Below are positions 26,791 through 39,139 of a DNA stretch of 64,000 nt, piece by piece. Origin of the DNA: Octopus sinensis (lineage: Eukaryota); contig NC_043017.1 of the NCBI RefSeq assembly GCF_006345805.1, forward strand, positions 1 through 64,000, in the 5' to 3' direction. How positions within the stretch are numbered: position 1 is the first letter of the stretch; every line of letters begins with the position of its first letter. Below the pieces are notes generated by a model, which had not been told where the DNA came from, searched no databases, and saw only the letters and a list, made by a program, of their open reading frames with translations. The translations under genes and the position numbers were made by a program.

Positions 26791-27655
26791 ACTAATGAGC
26801 TTCTTCTTATAGCTAAATCACTACCAGAACTAGAGAACAAATTGTGCGTACGGAAGCAAGGTCTAGAATTGAAAGGTCACAGAATTAACCTACCCAACCC
26901 TAACACAAAGTCTTAGTAAGTAGGAAAACAGATAAATCGTAAAGCCCTTCAGGTACATGGCCATCCTCAATATGAAGGAAACAGGTAGGTAGATGTACTC
27001 TGTATAACACATAATAGGTGTAGCAATATCAGAGGAAGGTAAACTGGGAAAATATTTTTTGTATATGGAAGGTGCACATGTACAGTAAACACTAAAAGTG
27101 TACAGAAAATGGGCTTCATCAAATACCAGAGGAGTACGATAAAGATTGTTGAGCAACAAAGTCAGTAGCAGAGGTGGATGAACCAAGAGTGAGGCTGCAA
27201 GAATAAAAATAGGCTGAGCAAATTCAGAGAGCTCCTTCCTCTGTTTAGTAACTAAGGGTCTCTCCTTCAGAGTGAAAGCCAGATTTATTATACCTGTGCA
27301 GACAACTATGCTACATGGCAGAAGAAGTAGACATAAGAAGGCATTGGACAAGGTGGTAATGCATGATCTTTGACTGTTGGAACTTATAAAGGCAATGACT
27401 AATGACTGACACCTTTCATGACATGCCGTGCCTTAGAAGACAATATATTGTAATTAATTTCCCATCAATTAATTTTTTCACAACCCCTGCCCACAACACT
27501 CATGGAGTGCTTGATGTTAAGAAGGGCATCCAGCCATAGAAACAATGACAAATCAAGACTGGAGTCTGCTGCAGACCCTCAGCTTACAGCCCTGATGAAA
27601 CTGTCCAACCAAGCCAGCATAGAAAATGGACATTAAATGATGATGATGATGATGA
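26790..27655 (+). mobile_element. Old RTE LINE: RT C-terminal remnants plus 3' UTR ending in (GAT)n
   Basis: KQGLELKG.RIN..., KFRELLPL..TKGLSFRVK...TMLHG. Tail AAGGGCATCCAGCC...GGACATTAAATGATGATGATGAT is homologous to the tail at ~33630-33764. Confidence 0.8.
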
Positions 27656-28244
27656 GGACAATTCTTTTTGTAAAACTTTTGCATTTGATGCTGAACATCT
27701 AGTTTAAAGTTAATTTTATACATTGAATTTTCATTTCCAGTGAAATCAATTTTAATATTTCAAATTCAAAAATATTTAACAAAATATAATGAGAAACTGA
27801 AGCAAGTACTACTTCTATATTTGTAAAAACAAAAAAAACAAATAGAGGAAAATGAGCAAAATTGTGCAAAAGTGAACTAAGAAACAGAATACTGTGTAAG
27901 GCAAGAGACAACTGTATTTTATGAGAGTACCATATTGCATAAACACAAAAAAAGAAACTATTGCAGAGGGAATTAAACTGAAACAGATATCAACATGACA
28001 CACACACCCATGCTAGTATGGATAAAATGATTAGATATTTCTGTCGAGAGAAAATTCAATGACAATCTTATGCAACCAACAATAACCTCAAATTTATCAG
28101 ATTATTGTAGATGAGCAACAACTCAAGAAAACCTGTCAAAATTCTATGTTCTTACAATGAATTAATTGCAAGTATTTAAGTATGTAGACAACATAATTTC
28201 ATGTTTTATATGCATCAATACATGTGTAAAAATAAGTCTCATAC

Positions 28245-28263
28245 CTACGTTCATTTTTCCATC
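28245..28263 (-). CDS. Candidate micro-exon (DGKMNV) of the minus-strand gene
   Basis: tcttatatttttcaaactcatgctag|GATGGAAAAATGAACGTAG|gtatga; phase 0 in and phase 1 out. The acceptor is weak. Confidence 0.25.
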
Positions 28264-28509
28264 CTAGCATGAGTTTGAAAAATATAAGATTTAATAGTTG
28301 GGTAACGTTGTCGTAGCTAATGCTAATTTTCTACTAAAGGTTTTCTTTTCTTTCAAAGTGCAGTTGTAACAAATGATACATTTGTACACAAACATGACAA
28401 AAGTAAATAGATACCCATTAACACATTGTTATTATAACTTGAAGAGGTTTATATTTTTTTTATTAATTGACATTTATATGTTTCAGGTTCTATATGTAAC
28501 TGTTTAATC

Positions 28510-29505
28510 ATGCCATGTACAAAAGAAGCCTTAAAAATGTCCAATTTACAAAGAGGCCATATGCTGCGCCTATTTCAAGGCTGACTTAGCCTAAAACCAC
28601 AGAAAACATTGTGATTCTACTTTCTACAGTAAATAGAGTAATTTTCAATTCACTAAACGGGAAAGTAGTCCATATCACCTTACCCAGGTAGACTAAGGCC
28701 CTCTGACAGAACACTTTGCTTTCTTAAGAGAAGTGTGTAAGATAATCCTCATTGCAAGGCCTCCAATATAGCAGAATAAGTTGATGTCAGTCCCAGAATA
28801 GCTGTCAGTTATCTCCGCAAAATTGGCTATTATGGCAGAGCAGCAAGAAAGAAGAAGACTGCTTCGACCAGCCAATATCAAATGGAGAAAAGATTGGACA
28901 AGTGAAATGGTAGAGAGGTCACTAGCACTTTGGGACACAGTCAAATCCTCTGATGAATCCAGATTTGCTGTATTTTCTGACACTGGTCGAATGTGGGTCT
29001 GGAGAATCAGTCACCAATATTTTCACGTGAATATATTGCAGCCAACAATGAAACATGTGATGGTCTAGAGAGCAGTTTGGAGCAATAGTCAATCAGAAAT
29101 GGTGGAATGTGAGGGATACATAAACTCAGATAAATATGTGTCCATATTATAGAAAAATCTTCTTCCTATAACCTCCAGGAGTAAAATGATTAAATAACAC
29201 TATTTATGGAAGATAGGGCTTTCTTGCACAACTAAAAGACCCAGGATTGGTTGGAAGAGAATGGCATTAAAAAGCTTCCATAGCTAAGCCAATCACCAGA
29301 TATGAACCCTACTGAACACATCTGAGGCATGATGGATGGGATACTTCCTAAAAAGAAAAGAAAAGCATCCTTAAAGCCAGATCTTTTGATATTACTGCAA
29401 GAAACTTGGCAAGAAAATCATGAAGAGAATATTCATCAGATCAGTAGCATGCCTGCTAGGGTCCTTGCATTCAAAAATGCAAGGAGCCTGTCTACTAAAT
29501 ATTAG
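28510..29505 (+). mobile_element. Tc1-family transposase pseudogene
   Basis: MPCTKE..QRGHM, SDESRFAVFSDTGRMWVWR, QSPDMNPTEHI*, SMPARVLA...TKY*; many stops and frameshifts. Confidence 0.9.
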
Positions 29506-30034
29506 ATATTCACATTATAATAATTAATAAATAATTTAAATAAATTTTAACAATTATAAGGATGTCTATTTAATTCTGTCATGTCTATGTAGTTTTTGAA
29601 GCAAAACACAATGGAAACATTAATATTAAGACCTTTTCAAAAATCTCTCTCAAGCTTTTCATGCACACTAAGATTTTATTGACATTCATTCAAATTCACT
29701 CATTCCAACATGAAACAATTTTTTCCATCAAAAACTTAGTGATGTTTTCACTGTCTCTAATTTGATCTAGATCCTCTAAGTGTCTCTAATGCATTCATGC
29801 CTTAATTTCAATTTGTTCCCTAGATTTTTCCTCAGGGCCAACTCACCAAACAGAAATTAATGAGACCTAATTGCCTTTCATCTTGATCACATAAATACTC
29901 CCACATATTTGGTGCTCAAATACAGCATGCTCCACACTAGGAGATTGACAGTTACCCAGTATATGCAAAAATCGAACACATTGCAGTACTAAACAAGCCA
30001 TTACTATTGCATTTTCTGGCTTCATGTTTCCCAA

Positions 30035-30330
30035 TTATATCCCAATTTTTTTTATCTCTGAAATCACCAAGTATGAAGATTTTATAAGCAGAAAGAATAC
30101 TGCACAGAAGCTTTTTTCATGAAAGAAAATATTAGTCCTTTTTTTCTCTTCAGAGGAACACATGGTTGGAGGGTAGAAACTTACTAAGGTAACAAATCTC
30201 TTGTTTGACAATGGCAATCTCACTGACATCAAGGTAATCAGTAAATCCAAAGAGTTCATAATCTTAGATGCCAATATTTCACAAACATTCAATGGTCTGT
30301 ACTCTCTTGCAGTAGCAAGATGACACATAG
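30035..30330 (-). pseudogene. RTE-type APE endonuclease fragment
   Basis: LMSVRLPLSNKRFVTLVSFYPPTMCSSEEKK resembles the RLPL..ATLISAYAPT motif of RTE endonucleases. Confidence 0.7.
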
Positions 30331-30774
30331 GCCCAGGCAGCAATACTGTGGGACACCTTCCAAGCCAGACCTTTCACTATCCATTCCACATCCCTTCTTG
30401 ACATTACTCTAAATTATTTTGATTTTTCAATGAGTATTTTGCACTTTTTGTCAACAGTTACCTATAACATGCATCACATAATTGATATGGTGTATACACA
30501 CACATGCAATAAGCTTCATATAGTTCCCATCAACCACTTTCACTAAAAATGCATTTGTTGGTCCCTACCTATAGTCGAAGACTCTTGCCCAAAATGCCAC
30601 ACAGTAGAACTAGACCCTAAACCATGGCATTGGGAAACAAACATATTTTAAATTTGCAAACATATATGTCTTATGGAAATTGTTCAATATACACAGAGAA
30701 ACAGTTGTTCAATTTACAAACAGCTATGGTTAACTAACAGAAAACTTAATTTAACAAAAAAATTATGTACTTAC

Positions 30775-30815
30775 ATATAGTTGAAGCTTCGCATGGGCTA
30801 CTTGCTTGGTAAAAT
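30775..30815 (-). CDS. Candidate coding exon 2 of an unidentified gene (DFTKQVAHAKLQLY)
   Basis: cttttctttatacatgtag|41 nt|gtaagt. Open frame, phase-compatible with the exon ending at 32238. Confidence 0.55.
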
Positions 30816-32237
30816 CTACATGTATAAAGAAAAGTCTACATGTATAAACTGTTGTGGTGAGAGTCATTGGCACCCCTATGGGATTGGAAGAATGGACTAG
30901 CAAAACTCTTATAAAAAAATTAGCATATTGGTTGAGACAAAGAGAGTCATTGGGAGTTCATGGAAGTTGTTGACATTGTTCAGAGTTTATATTTATTAGA
31001 AGTATTGTGTTTAGTAGAGTAATCTGAAGTGGGTTGTGTGAAGACAGTTGTGTCTATCCCCGCTTCGTGAAATTTGCATATCCAACATATAGAAGGATAT
31101 AAAATAAACAAAAGTTCGCATGTAAACAATAAGTGTAATCATTCATTTTAACTCTGAAAGTAAAAATGAAAAACTTCCTAATAGTAGCGAAAGGAAAATT
31201 TTGGCTTTAATATCAGTTCAATACTCTTTATTTGAAGTGACAAGCAGCCAAGTATTATGCAAATGGAAACTTTTACATGTCTCATGTTACATGCATATAT
31301 ATGCATGCTTGCACCCAGTTTCTGTGCACATCTATAGACTTAACTTTTTTTTTCCTTTGCATGCAACTCTTTTCTCATGAGAAGAATATCTCCTCCTCAT
31401 TTTATAACTCTCCCGTCTTTTTCTTACCATATCACCATCGTCACATCAACAGAGACATTAAGGCTGCACAATAGCAGTCGACAAGGCATGTATAACGATT
31501 AAATAAAAAAAAATGTGTCTATATCTTCGATCAATGTCATTATTCCATTGAGTCAACCTCATTGTTTTCTACATAGTAGACCGTTACATAAACAGGCAAA
31601 GGTAATCTCTCGTTTTAACTCGAAATAATGTAAACACTGAATCGGCCATACATACATACACACACACACACATACATAGATAGATACATACACACACACA
31701 CACACACACACACATACATGCATACATACATATACACATACACCGAGTAAAAAATTTCAGTTATCTCTCTCTGTCTCTTCACACACACTAACAGAAGCAC
31801 TTCACTTACACAACATACTTTCTGTCTCGCACACCCCATCAAACACACACACACACACACACACATGTACATCAATGCTTCCCCTGAACGGTAACTTCAA
31901 AAGAACTTCCCTCGTCATACAATCGCTTTCTCTTAGTCTCTTTCGCTCTCATTACTTCAAAAGTTCCCGCAAACCCATATGTAAAAAAAAATAAAAGTTT
32001 TTTACGAAATCGACGGAAAGGTCTACTAGAAACGAAAGATAATCTTTCGTTTTAACCAACATCTTAATTATGAACCTCAACTCCAAACTTTTTATACATT
32101 TTGCCACTAAATAAAATGAAAACCGAGAGGTCCTCCGTCACAACAGACTTCCTTCAGCTTTTCTCTTTACATCGTCACCAACTACTCTCACTTATTTTTT
32201 CTAGATATTAACAATAACAATAATAATAATTTCTTAC

Positions 32238-32250
32238 CTACTTCTTTCAT
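32238..32250 (-). CDS. Candidate first coding exon (MKEV, phase 1)
   Basis: acaATTATGAAAGAAGTAG|gtaaga, with A at -3. Acceptor tttttcctgcag 9 nt upstream of the ATG; promoter-like motif ~80 nt upstream. Confidence 0.55.
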
Positions 32251-32328
32251 AATTGTTAGCTGCAGGAAAAACATTCAAAGACGAAAATTCAATAAAAAAA
32301 CAGAGACCGTCGCCATTGAAAAGCATAC

Positions 32329-32353
32329 GACAACAATCCCACAATGCTTTGCG
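32329..32353. promoter_or_regulatory. ZNF143/Staf-binding-site-like motif (proximal)
   Basis: GACAACAATCCCACAATGCTTTGCG closely fits the SBS core CCCA(C/T)AATGC..TGCG. An ATGGCG (YY1-like core) lies on the minus strand at 32311-32316. Confidence 0.7.
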
Positions 32354-32810
32354 AAAAGTCAGACACCAGTTTTTAGCCGCCATAGTTTCGTATTTGCTTG
32401 GTTCATAAATTGTAAAATAGATACATTTACAGCTTATTTTCTTCTGTTTTTTTTTTTGCGGAGTTTATGATTCATGTGTGAGTGTGTGTTCTTGATAATC
32501 GTTTAGAACAAGTATTCTATAAGCACCTCTCTATCTCTCTCTCTCATTTACATGTAGTAATCCATGCATAAATGTTGAAACGCATGGTACTAAAATACAT
32601 ATATGCAGTTATATCTAACCGTACGAGCGTACATTGTTTGATACGTATGTACATATGTGTAGATGTATATGTGTGTATACGTATGTGTATGTGTAAATAT
32701 ACATATGAATTATATATGTATGCATGTAAAAAATAAATAAAAAGAATAAATAGAATAAAATAAAACAAGTTTGAATTTTAACCATTGTCCTTGGAAAAAT
32801 TGTCATATAT

Positions 32811-33764
32811 ATGTATACGAACAGCCATGCTACACGGCAGTGAAACATGGGCCGTGACTGCTGAAGATATGCGTAAGCTCGCAAGAAATGAAGCCAGTAT
32901 GCTCCGATGGATGTGTAATGTCAGTGTTCATACTAGACAGAGTGTAAGTACTTTGAGAGAAAAGTTGGACCTAAGAAGCATCAGTTGTGGTGTGCAAGAG
33001 AGACGTTTGCACTGGTATGGTCATGTGGCGAGAATGGATGTAGATAGTTGTTTGAAACAGTGCCACGCCCTAGCGGTTGAGGGAACCTGTGGAAGAGGTA
33101 GACCCAGGAAAACCTGGGACGAGGTGGTGAAGCACGACCTTCGAACTTTAGGTTTCACCAAGGAAATGACTAGAGACCGAGATCTTTGGAAGTATGCTGT
33201 GCGTGAGAAGACCCGGCAGGACAAGTGAGGCCATAATTCCGTGGCCTCTACCTGGGATGTAGCCAGCCCACTTATGCATTCCTTTCCTTCTTGGGACACA
33301 AAGTTCCACTTGTGAAGACCTGTTGAGGCAAGTGAAAATCAAAATCGTATTCGATCAACATCAATGGAATTTGTAGCTGTGATACCAGTGCTGGTGGCAC
33401 GTAAGAGAACAATCCGAACGTGGCCATAGCCAGCACCGCCCTAACTGGCCTCCGTGCCGGTGGCACGTAAAAAGCACCATCCGATTCGTGGCCGTTGCCA
33501 GCTTCGTCTGGTCTCCATGCCGGTGGCACATAAAAATCACCATCCGATCGTGGCCGTTTGCCAGCATCGTCTGGCACCTGTACCGGCGGCACGTAAAAAG
33601 CACCCACTACACTCACAGAGTGGTTGGCGTTAGGAAGGGCATTCAGCTGTAGAAACACTGCCAAATCAGACTGGGCCTGGTGCAGCCTTCTGGCTTCCCA
33701 GACCCCAGTTGAACCGTCCAACCCATGCGAGCATGGAAAGTGGACGTTAAATGAGGATGATGAT
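32811..33764 (+). mobile_element. RTE LINE, 5'-truncated (ORF C-terminus plus 3' UTR)
   Basis: MLHGSETWAVT...ERRLHWYGHVARM...GRGRPRKTWDEVVKHDL; stop at 33228; 3' UTR ends TAAATGAGGATGATGAT. Confidence 0.95.
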
Positions 33765-33779
33765 ATATATATATAGAAA

Positions 33780-34712
33780 TAGGGTTGGCAACTAAGTTCC
33801 CGCCATTTTTTTTTATTTAAATTGTTTAAAAGGTTTAATGAAAAAATAACAACTAATTAATCAATAATATATTCACTTTTGTTGTTTACAACTTCTTCCC
33901 AATGTAAAAAAAGATTTTCAATACCTTGTTGGTAGAAATCACTCGATTTCGACTCGAAAAATTGATCCAACTAAGCTCTCAATTCTGTATCAGTACTGAA
34001 TGAAACTCTGTACATAGCATTTGAAAGAGATCGAAAAAGGTAGAAATCCATGGTGCAAAATCAGGAGAGTACGGCGGATGTGGCAGTACTTTCCAGTCAT
34101 GCGTTTGAATTGCTTCCTTGGTCATATTGGCGATATGTGGGGTGGGCAATGCTGTGCAGCAGAAGAACTCATGCTGCCGATTAAATCTTTTCTCTTGAAT
34201 AGCCATGTTGAGTCGTTCCATCTCTTGAACATAGAATTCTGCATTGACCATGTGGTTCCATTCAAGCAATTCGTAAGATATAATCCCCTTCCAGTCCGAC
34301 CATACGCACAACATCATTTTATGCAGATGGAGATCTTGTTTCATGTGCAGTGTCGCTTTTACCAGAGCTCAGCCATTCCTTTCCGTGCTTCATTTTGATG
34401 TACAGGCACCATATTTTGTCGCCTGTGATGGTTCGGTAAATAAATCGTTGCTTTTTGTCCATGAGTTGAGCGGTGATGAGCAAGCAAACCTGCAGAGATT
34501 GTGGCTCATTGATTTTTGTTGTTGTCACTTAAAGCATTCGGAAACCATCCTCCATACATCTGCACCTTTCCATTAAATAAAGGCTTCTCTATAGCAGTGT
34601 GGGAGCATTCCATTTTCTCTCATAGTTCCCTTGCCTTTTGACAAGGATTTTAGTGCAAAAGTCGGTTTAATCGCTCTTCCTCGAACTCAACTGGATAGCC
34701 AGAACGAGATTA
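33780..34712 (-). mobile_element. mariner transposon remnant with 3' TIR
   Basis: TIR-like TAGGGTTGGCAACTAAGTTCCCGCC at 33780. RTITGDKIWCLY, MLCVWSDWKGIISYELL, VLPHPPYSPDFAP; HTH remnant up to ~34712. Confidence 0.92.
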
Positions 34713-34718
34713 TTAATT

Positions 34719-35298
34719 ATCATCATCGTTTAGCGTCCGTTTTCCATGCTAGCATGGGTTGGACGGTTCTACTGGGGTCTGTGAAGCCAGAAGGCTTCAT
34801 CAGGCCCAGTCAAATCTGGCAGTGTTCTACGGCTGGATGCCCTTCCTAACGCCACCACTCCGTGAGTGTGTGTAGTGGTGCTTTTTACGTGCCACCCGCA
34901 CAGGTGCCAGAGAGAGCTGGCAAACGGCCACGAACGGATGGTGCTTTTTGTGTGCCACCGGCACGAGGGCCAGGCGAGGCTGGCAATGGACATGAACGGA
35001 AGGTTCTCTTACATGCCACCGGCACTGGTAACACATCTGCAATTTCCATTGATCGATTTCGATTCTGATCCTCACTTGCCTCAACAGGTCTTCACAAGTA
35101 GAGTTTTGTGTCCCAAGAAGGGAAGGTATGCATACGTAGGCTGGCTCCATCACATGTAGAAGGCCACGGGTTATGGTCTCACTTGTCCTGCCGGGTCTTC
35201 TCGCGCACAGCACACTTCCAGAGGTCTCGGCCTCTAGTCATTTCCTCAGTGAGACCTAAAGTTCGAAGGTTGTGCTTCACCACCTCGTCCCAGGTTTT
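34719..35298 (-). mobile_element. RTE LINE 3' end, second copy, inverted relative to 32811-33764
   Basis: Reverse complement reads AAAACCTGGGACGAGGTGGTGAAGCAC...GGACGCTAAACGATGATGAT. Confidence 0.93.
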
Positions 35299-35347
35299 AT
35301 AAATTATAAATTATAAATTGATTAATAATTTCATCCTTTATTATTAT

Positions 35348-35430
<83 letters not shown>

Positions 35431-35539
35431 TGAAACAGAGACAGAAATATATATTAGATAGATAGATAATAGATAGATAGATAGATAGAAAGATAGTCAA
35501 ACAGACCTCCTTAAAAAATCTCTCTCTATCTGAATTTGG

Positions 35540-35700
35540 TGATATGAGGGAAGACGTTGTCATGATGCAGAGGAGCTCCATGCTGCCGATTAGGTCTTTT
35601 CTCTTGAATAGCCGTGTTGTGTTGTTACATCCGTTGAACATAGAGTTCCACGTTGACCGTTTGGCTCTGTTCAATCAGTTCGTAATGGATAATCTTCTAC
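35540..35700 (-). pseudogene. Second mariner catalytic-domain fragment
   Basis: Minus strand reads IIHYELIEQSQTVNVELYVQRM*..AIQEKRPNRQHG..LHHDN, paralogous to ~34140-34290. Confidence 0.8.
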
Positions 35701-36574
35701 ACAGCCCCTGTCAATTTCCTGCACATGAATGCTCCTGACGCTACACACTCTTAAATCCCCACATTATATCTATTTTCCTACATGCGTCTTTCTCTGCGCA
35801 TTGTGTGCATGCATGAATCGCTATGTACTGCACATAGCCATTTATATGCATGATGCGCAACGGATGTTATCATGTAACCACTATTCCTTTTCATAATGTA
35901 AACATAATATCTTTACAAATACGTGTAACAGGAAGTCGCTATATCCTATGGTAAACAGTAGAATAACTACATGTTGCCTTCCTTGGTTACATTTCTGCTT
36001 ATTGTATTAGGGAATGTGGCATGATTGAATATTTGTTACTTATAAAACGAGATGTCTTCTACTTCACGAAAGGAACAAGACTTATTAGAAAAGAAAAGAG
36101 TAAAGTACAGAGATGGAGGCAACAAAGTGAATGACGAGTAGCAGCCGCGAGACGAATAAGGTGGACCTATGTCGAAGTTTTCGTGTACGAGAGTCAGAGA
36201 GACAACTAACCATATAGCCCTAACCCTAAACCTCACCCAAACACACATACATACAGGAGCACGTATACAGATGCCCAACGCACAGACGTACACGCATACA
36301 CAGACCTTCACACACACACACGCAGATACATAATGGTGAAAAGAGGACAAGTTGGGAATTTATGGCAGTCGAGAAGGCATAACGGTTGAATAAAGTTTAT
36401 CACAGTTACAGAAAATTAAATCGACATTAAGTTATGTTTGTTTACACATGTTATACATCAAAATCCATTTTTAGTCAATATATTCATAAAAGCAATAACT
36501 TACAAACAATTTCCAGTGAAAAACACGACAAATATTTCCAGGTTGAAGAAGTAGAAATTCCCGCTGTTGATACA

Positions 36575-36599
36575 GACGACAATCCCACAATGCTTTGCG
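36575..36599. promoter_or_regulatory. ZNF143/Staf-binding-site-like motif (distal duplicate)
   Basis: GACGACAATCCCACAATGCTTTGCG; 36579-36643 matches 32333-32397 at 60 of 65 positions. Confidence 0.65.
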
Positions 36600-36805
36600 A
36601 AAAGTCAGAGACCAATTTTCAGCCGCTATAGTTCCGTATTTGCAAAGTGATAAATTATTATACAAACTACAGTTTATTTTGACTAACAAATAATACTTGT
36701 AAGAATTATTCTTTCTTAAAGTGAAATATAATTTCAGCATATATGAGACATGTTTCTAAGATTTTGTTGTTAATATATATATATACAATAAGTTATACCG
36801 TATAC

Positions 36806-37216
36806 ACTCTTTTACTCTTTTACTTGTTTCAGTCATTTGACTGCGGCCATGCTGGAGCACCGCCTTTAGTCGAGCAAATCGACCCCGGGACTTATTCTTT
36901 GTAAGCCCAGTACTTATTCAATCGGTCTCTTTTGCCGAACCGCTAAGTGACGGGGACGTAAACACACCAGCATCGGTTGTCAAGCAATGCTAGGGGGACA
37001 AACACAGACACACAAACATATACACACACACTTATATATATATACATATATACGACAGGCTTCTTTCAGTTTCCGTCTACCAAATCCACTCACAAGGCAT
37101 TGGTCGGCCCGGGGCTATAGCAGAAGACACTTGCCCAAGATGCCACGCAGTGGAACTGAACCCGGAACCATGTGGTTGGTTAGCAAGCTACTTACACACA
37201 GCCACTCCTGCGCCTA
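36806..37216 (-). mobile_element. tRNA-derived CORE-like SINE, full length, young
   Basis: Minus strand: TAGGCGCAGGAGTGGCTGTGTG A-box, GGTTCAGTTCC B-box, CTTGGGCAAGTGTCTT, (AAAAGAGT)n tail. Nearly identical to 55395-55796. Confidence 0.96.
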
Positions 37217-37724
37217 TATACTCAGGTATTTTTTACCCTGAAATTTTCACCTGAAGTTGGGGGTGCGACTTATAAGCGCCTCCTATAAAAAATCCTAAGA
37301 TTTTTCCAGAAAGACTTCTGTTCTTCGCCCCGCCATTTTTCCCCCTATTTGAACCATCCATAAAAACCATCGTGTCTTAACATAACTTCATACACATTCA
37401 TGTATGTCACCAGTGACGGTTGAATAATACATAAGATCTAGAGCTGTTAGAAATAGCAGCCAAATGCCCCTTACAATAATACCATTGTGTCTTAAATTCC
37501 TACATATTCTTTTGTTTTGGCATGGCTAAACAATTATTTGATAGTAGATGGAAAATTATATATAAAGTCTTTGAAGCATTGTATTTTGGGAATTATTATT
37601 TTGGCATTGCAGAGAAAAGCTGTATATTTTTTTCTGCTCCAATACCATCATTACATAACTTTTTTTTAAAATAGATTAGAGAATATTAACTTCTTTATAT
37701 TCTGGAGAATTTCTGAAGAAATCT

Positions 37725-39139
37725 ATCCCTCCTTCCATCCATCCATCCATCCATCCATCTATCCATCCACCATCCATTCATCTATCCATCCATCTATCCA
37801 TCCATCCATCCATCCATCCATCAATCCACCCATCCATCCATCCCTCCATCCATCCATCCATCCATCTATCCATCCATTAATCCATCCATCCATCCATCCA
37901 TCTATCCGTCCATCAATCCATCCATCCATCCATCCATCCATCCATCCATCCATCCATCTATCTATCTATCTATCTATCCATCCATCCATCAATCTATCAA
38001 TCCATCCATCCATCAATGCATCCATCCGTCTATCCATCCATCCATCTATCCATCCATCCATCCATCCATGCATCCATCCATCTATCCATCCATCCATTCA
38101 TCCATCCATCCATCCATCCATGCATCCATCCATACATCTATCCATCCATCCATCAATCCATCCATCCATCCATCCATCCATCCATGCATCCATCCATCCA
38201 TCCATCCAACCATCCATGCATCCATGCATCCATCCATCAATCCATCCATCCATCTATCCATCCATCCATCCAACCATCCATCCATCAATGCATCCATCCA
38301 TCTATCCATCCATCCATCAAACCATACATCGATCCATCCATCTATCCATTCATCCATACATCCATCACTCAACCCATCCATCCATCAATCCACACATCCA
38401 TCTAGTCATCCATCCATCCATCCATCCTTCCATCCATCCATCCATCCATCCATCTATCCATCCATCCATCCAACCATCCACCCATCCATGCATCCATCCA
38501 TCCATCTATCCATCCATCCATCAATCATCCATCAATCCATCCATCAATTCATCCATACATCTATCCATCCATCAATCCATGCATCCATCAATCAATCCAC
38601 CTATCCATCTATCCATCCATCCATCCATCCATGCATCCATCCATCCATCCAACCATCCATCCATCCATCCATCCCTCCATCCATCCATCCATCCAAGCAT
38701 CCATCCATCCAACCATCTATCTATCCATCCATCCATCTATACATCCATCCATCCATCTATGCATCCATCATCTATCCATCCATCCATCCATCTATCCATC
38801 CATCCATCCATCCATTCATCCATCTATCCATCTATCCATCCATCCATCTATCCATCCACCCATGCATCCATCCATCCATTCATCCATCCATCCATCCATG
38901 CATACATCCATTCATCCATCCATCTATCCATCCATCCATCCATCCTTCCATCCATACATCCATTCATGCATCCATGCATCTATCCATCCATCCATCCATC
39001 CATGCATTCATCCATCTATCCATCCATCCATGCATCCAACCATCCATTTATCCATCCATCCATCCATCCATTTATCCATCCATCTATCCATCCATCCATC
39101 CATCCTTCAATCTATACATCCATCTATCCATCCATCCAA
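37725..39139. repeat. (ATCC)n microsatellite, ~1.4 kb
   Basis: Continuous CATC units with point variants. Confidence 0.98.

Noticed and set aside
30775-32259. GNPNAT1 homology for (LTI)MKEVDFTK
   Set aside because: It resembles the recalled LLKEVDWS only briefly; the following residues lack the F.P.ISP..PG pattern.
32275-32316. ATGGCG at 32316 as the true start codon
   Set aside because: It is in frame with the ATG at 32250 but hits TGA after 13 codons; treated as a uORF or YY1-like motif.
35299-35740. Continuation of the mariner interrupted at 34712
   Set aside because: The fragment at 35540-35700 repeats the catalytic region already present at ~34140-34290, so it is a separate copy.
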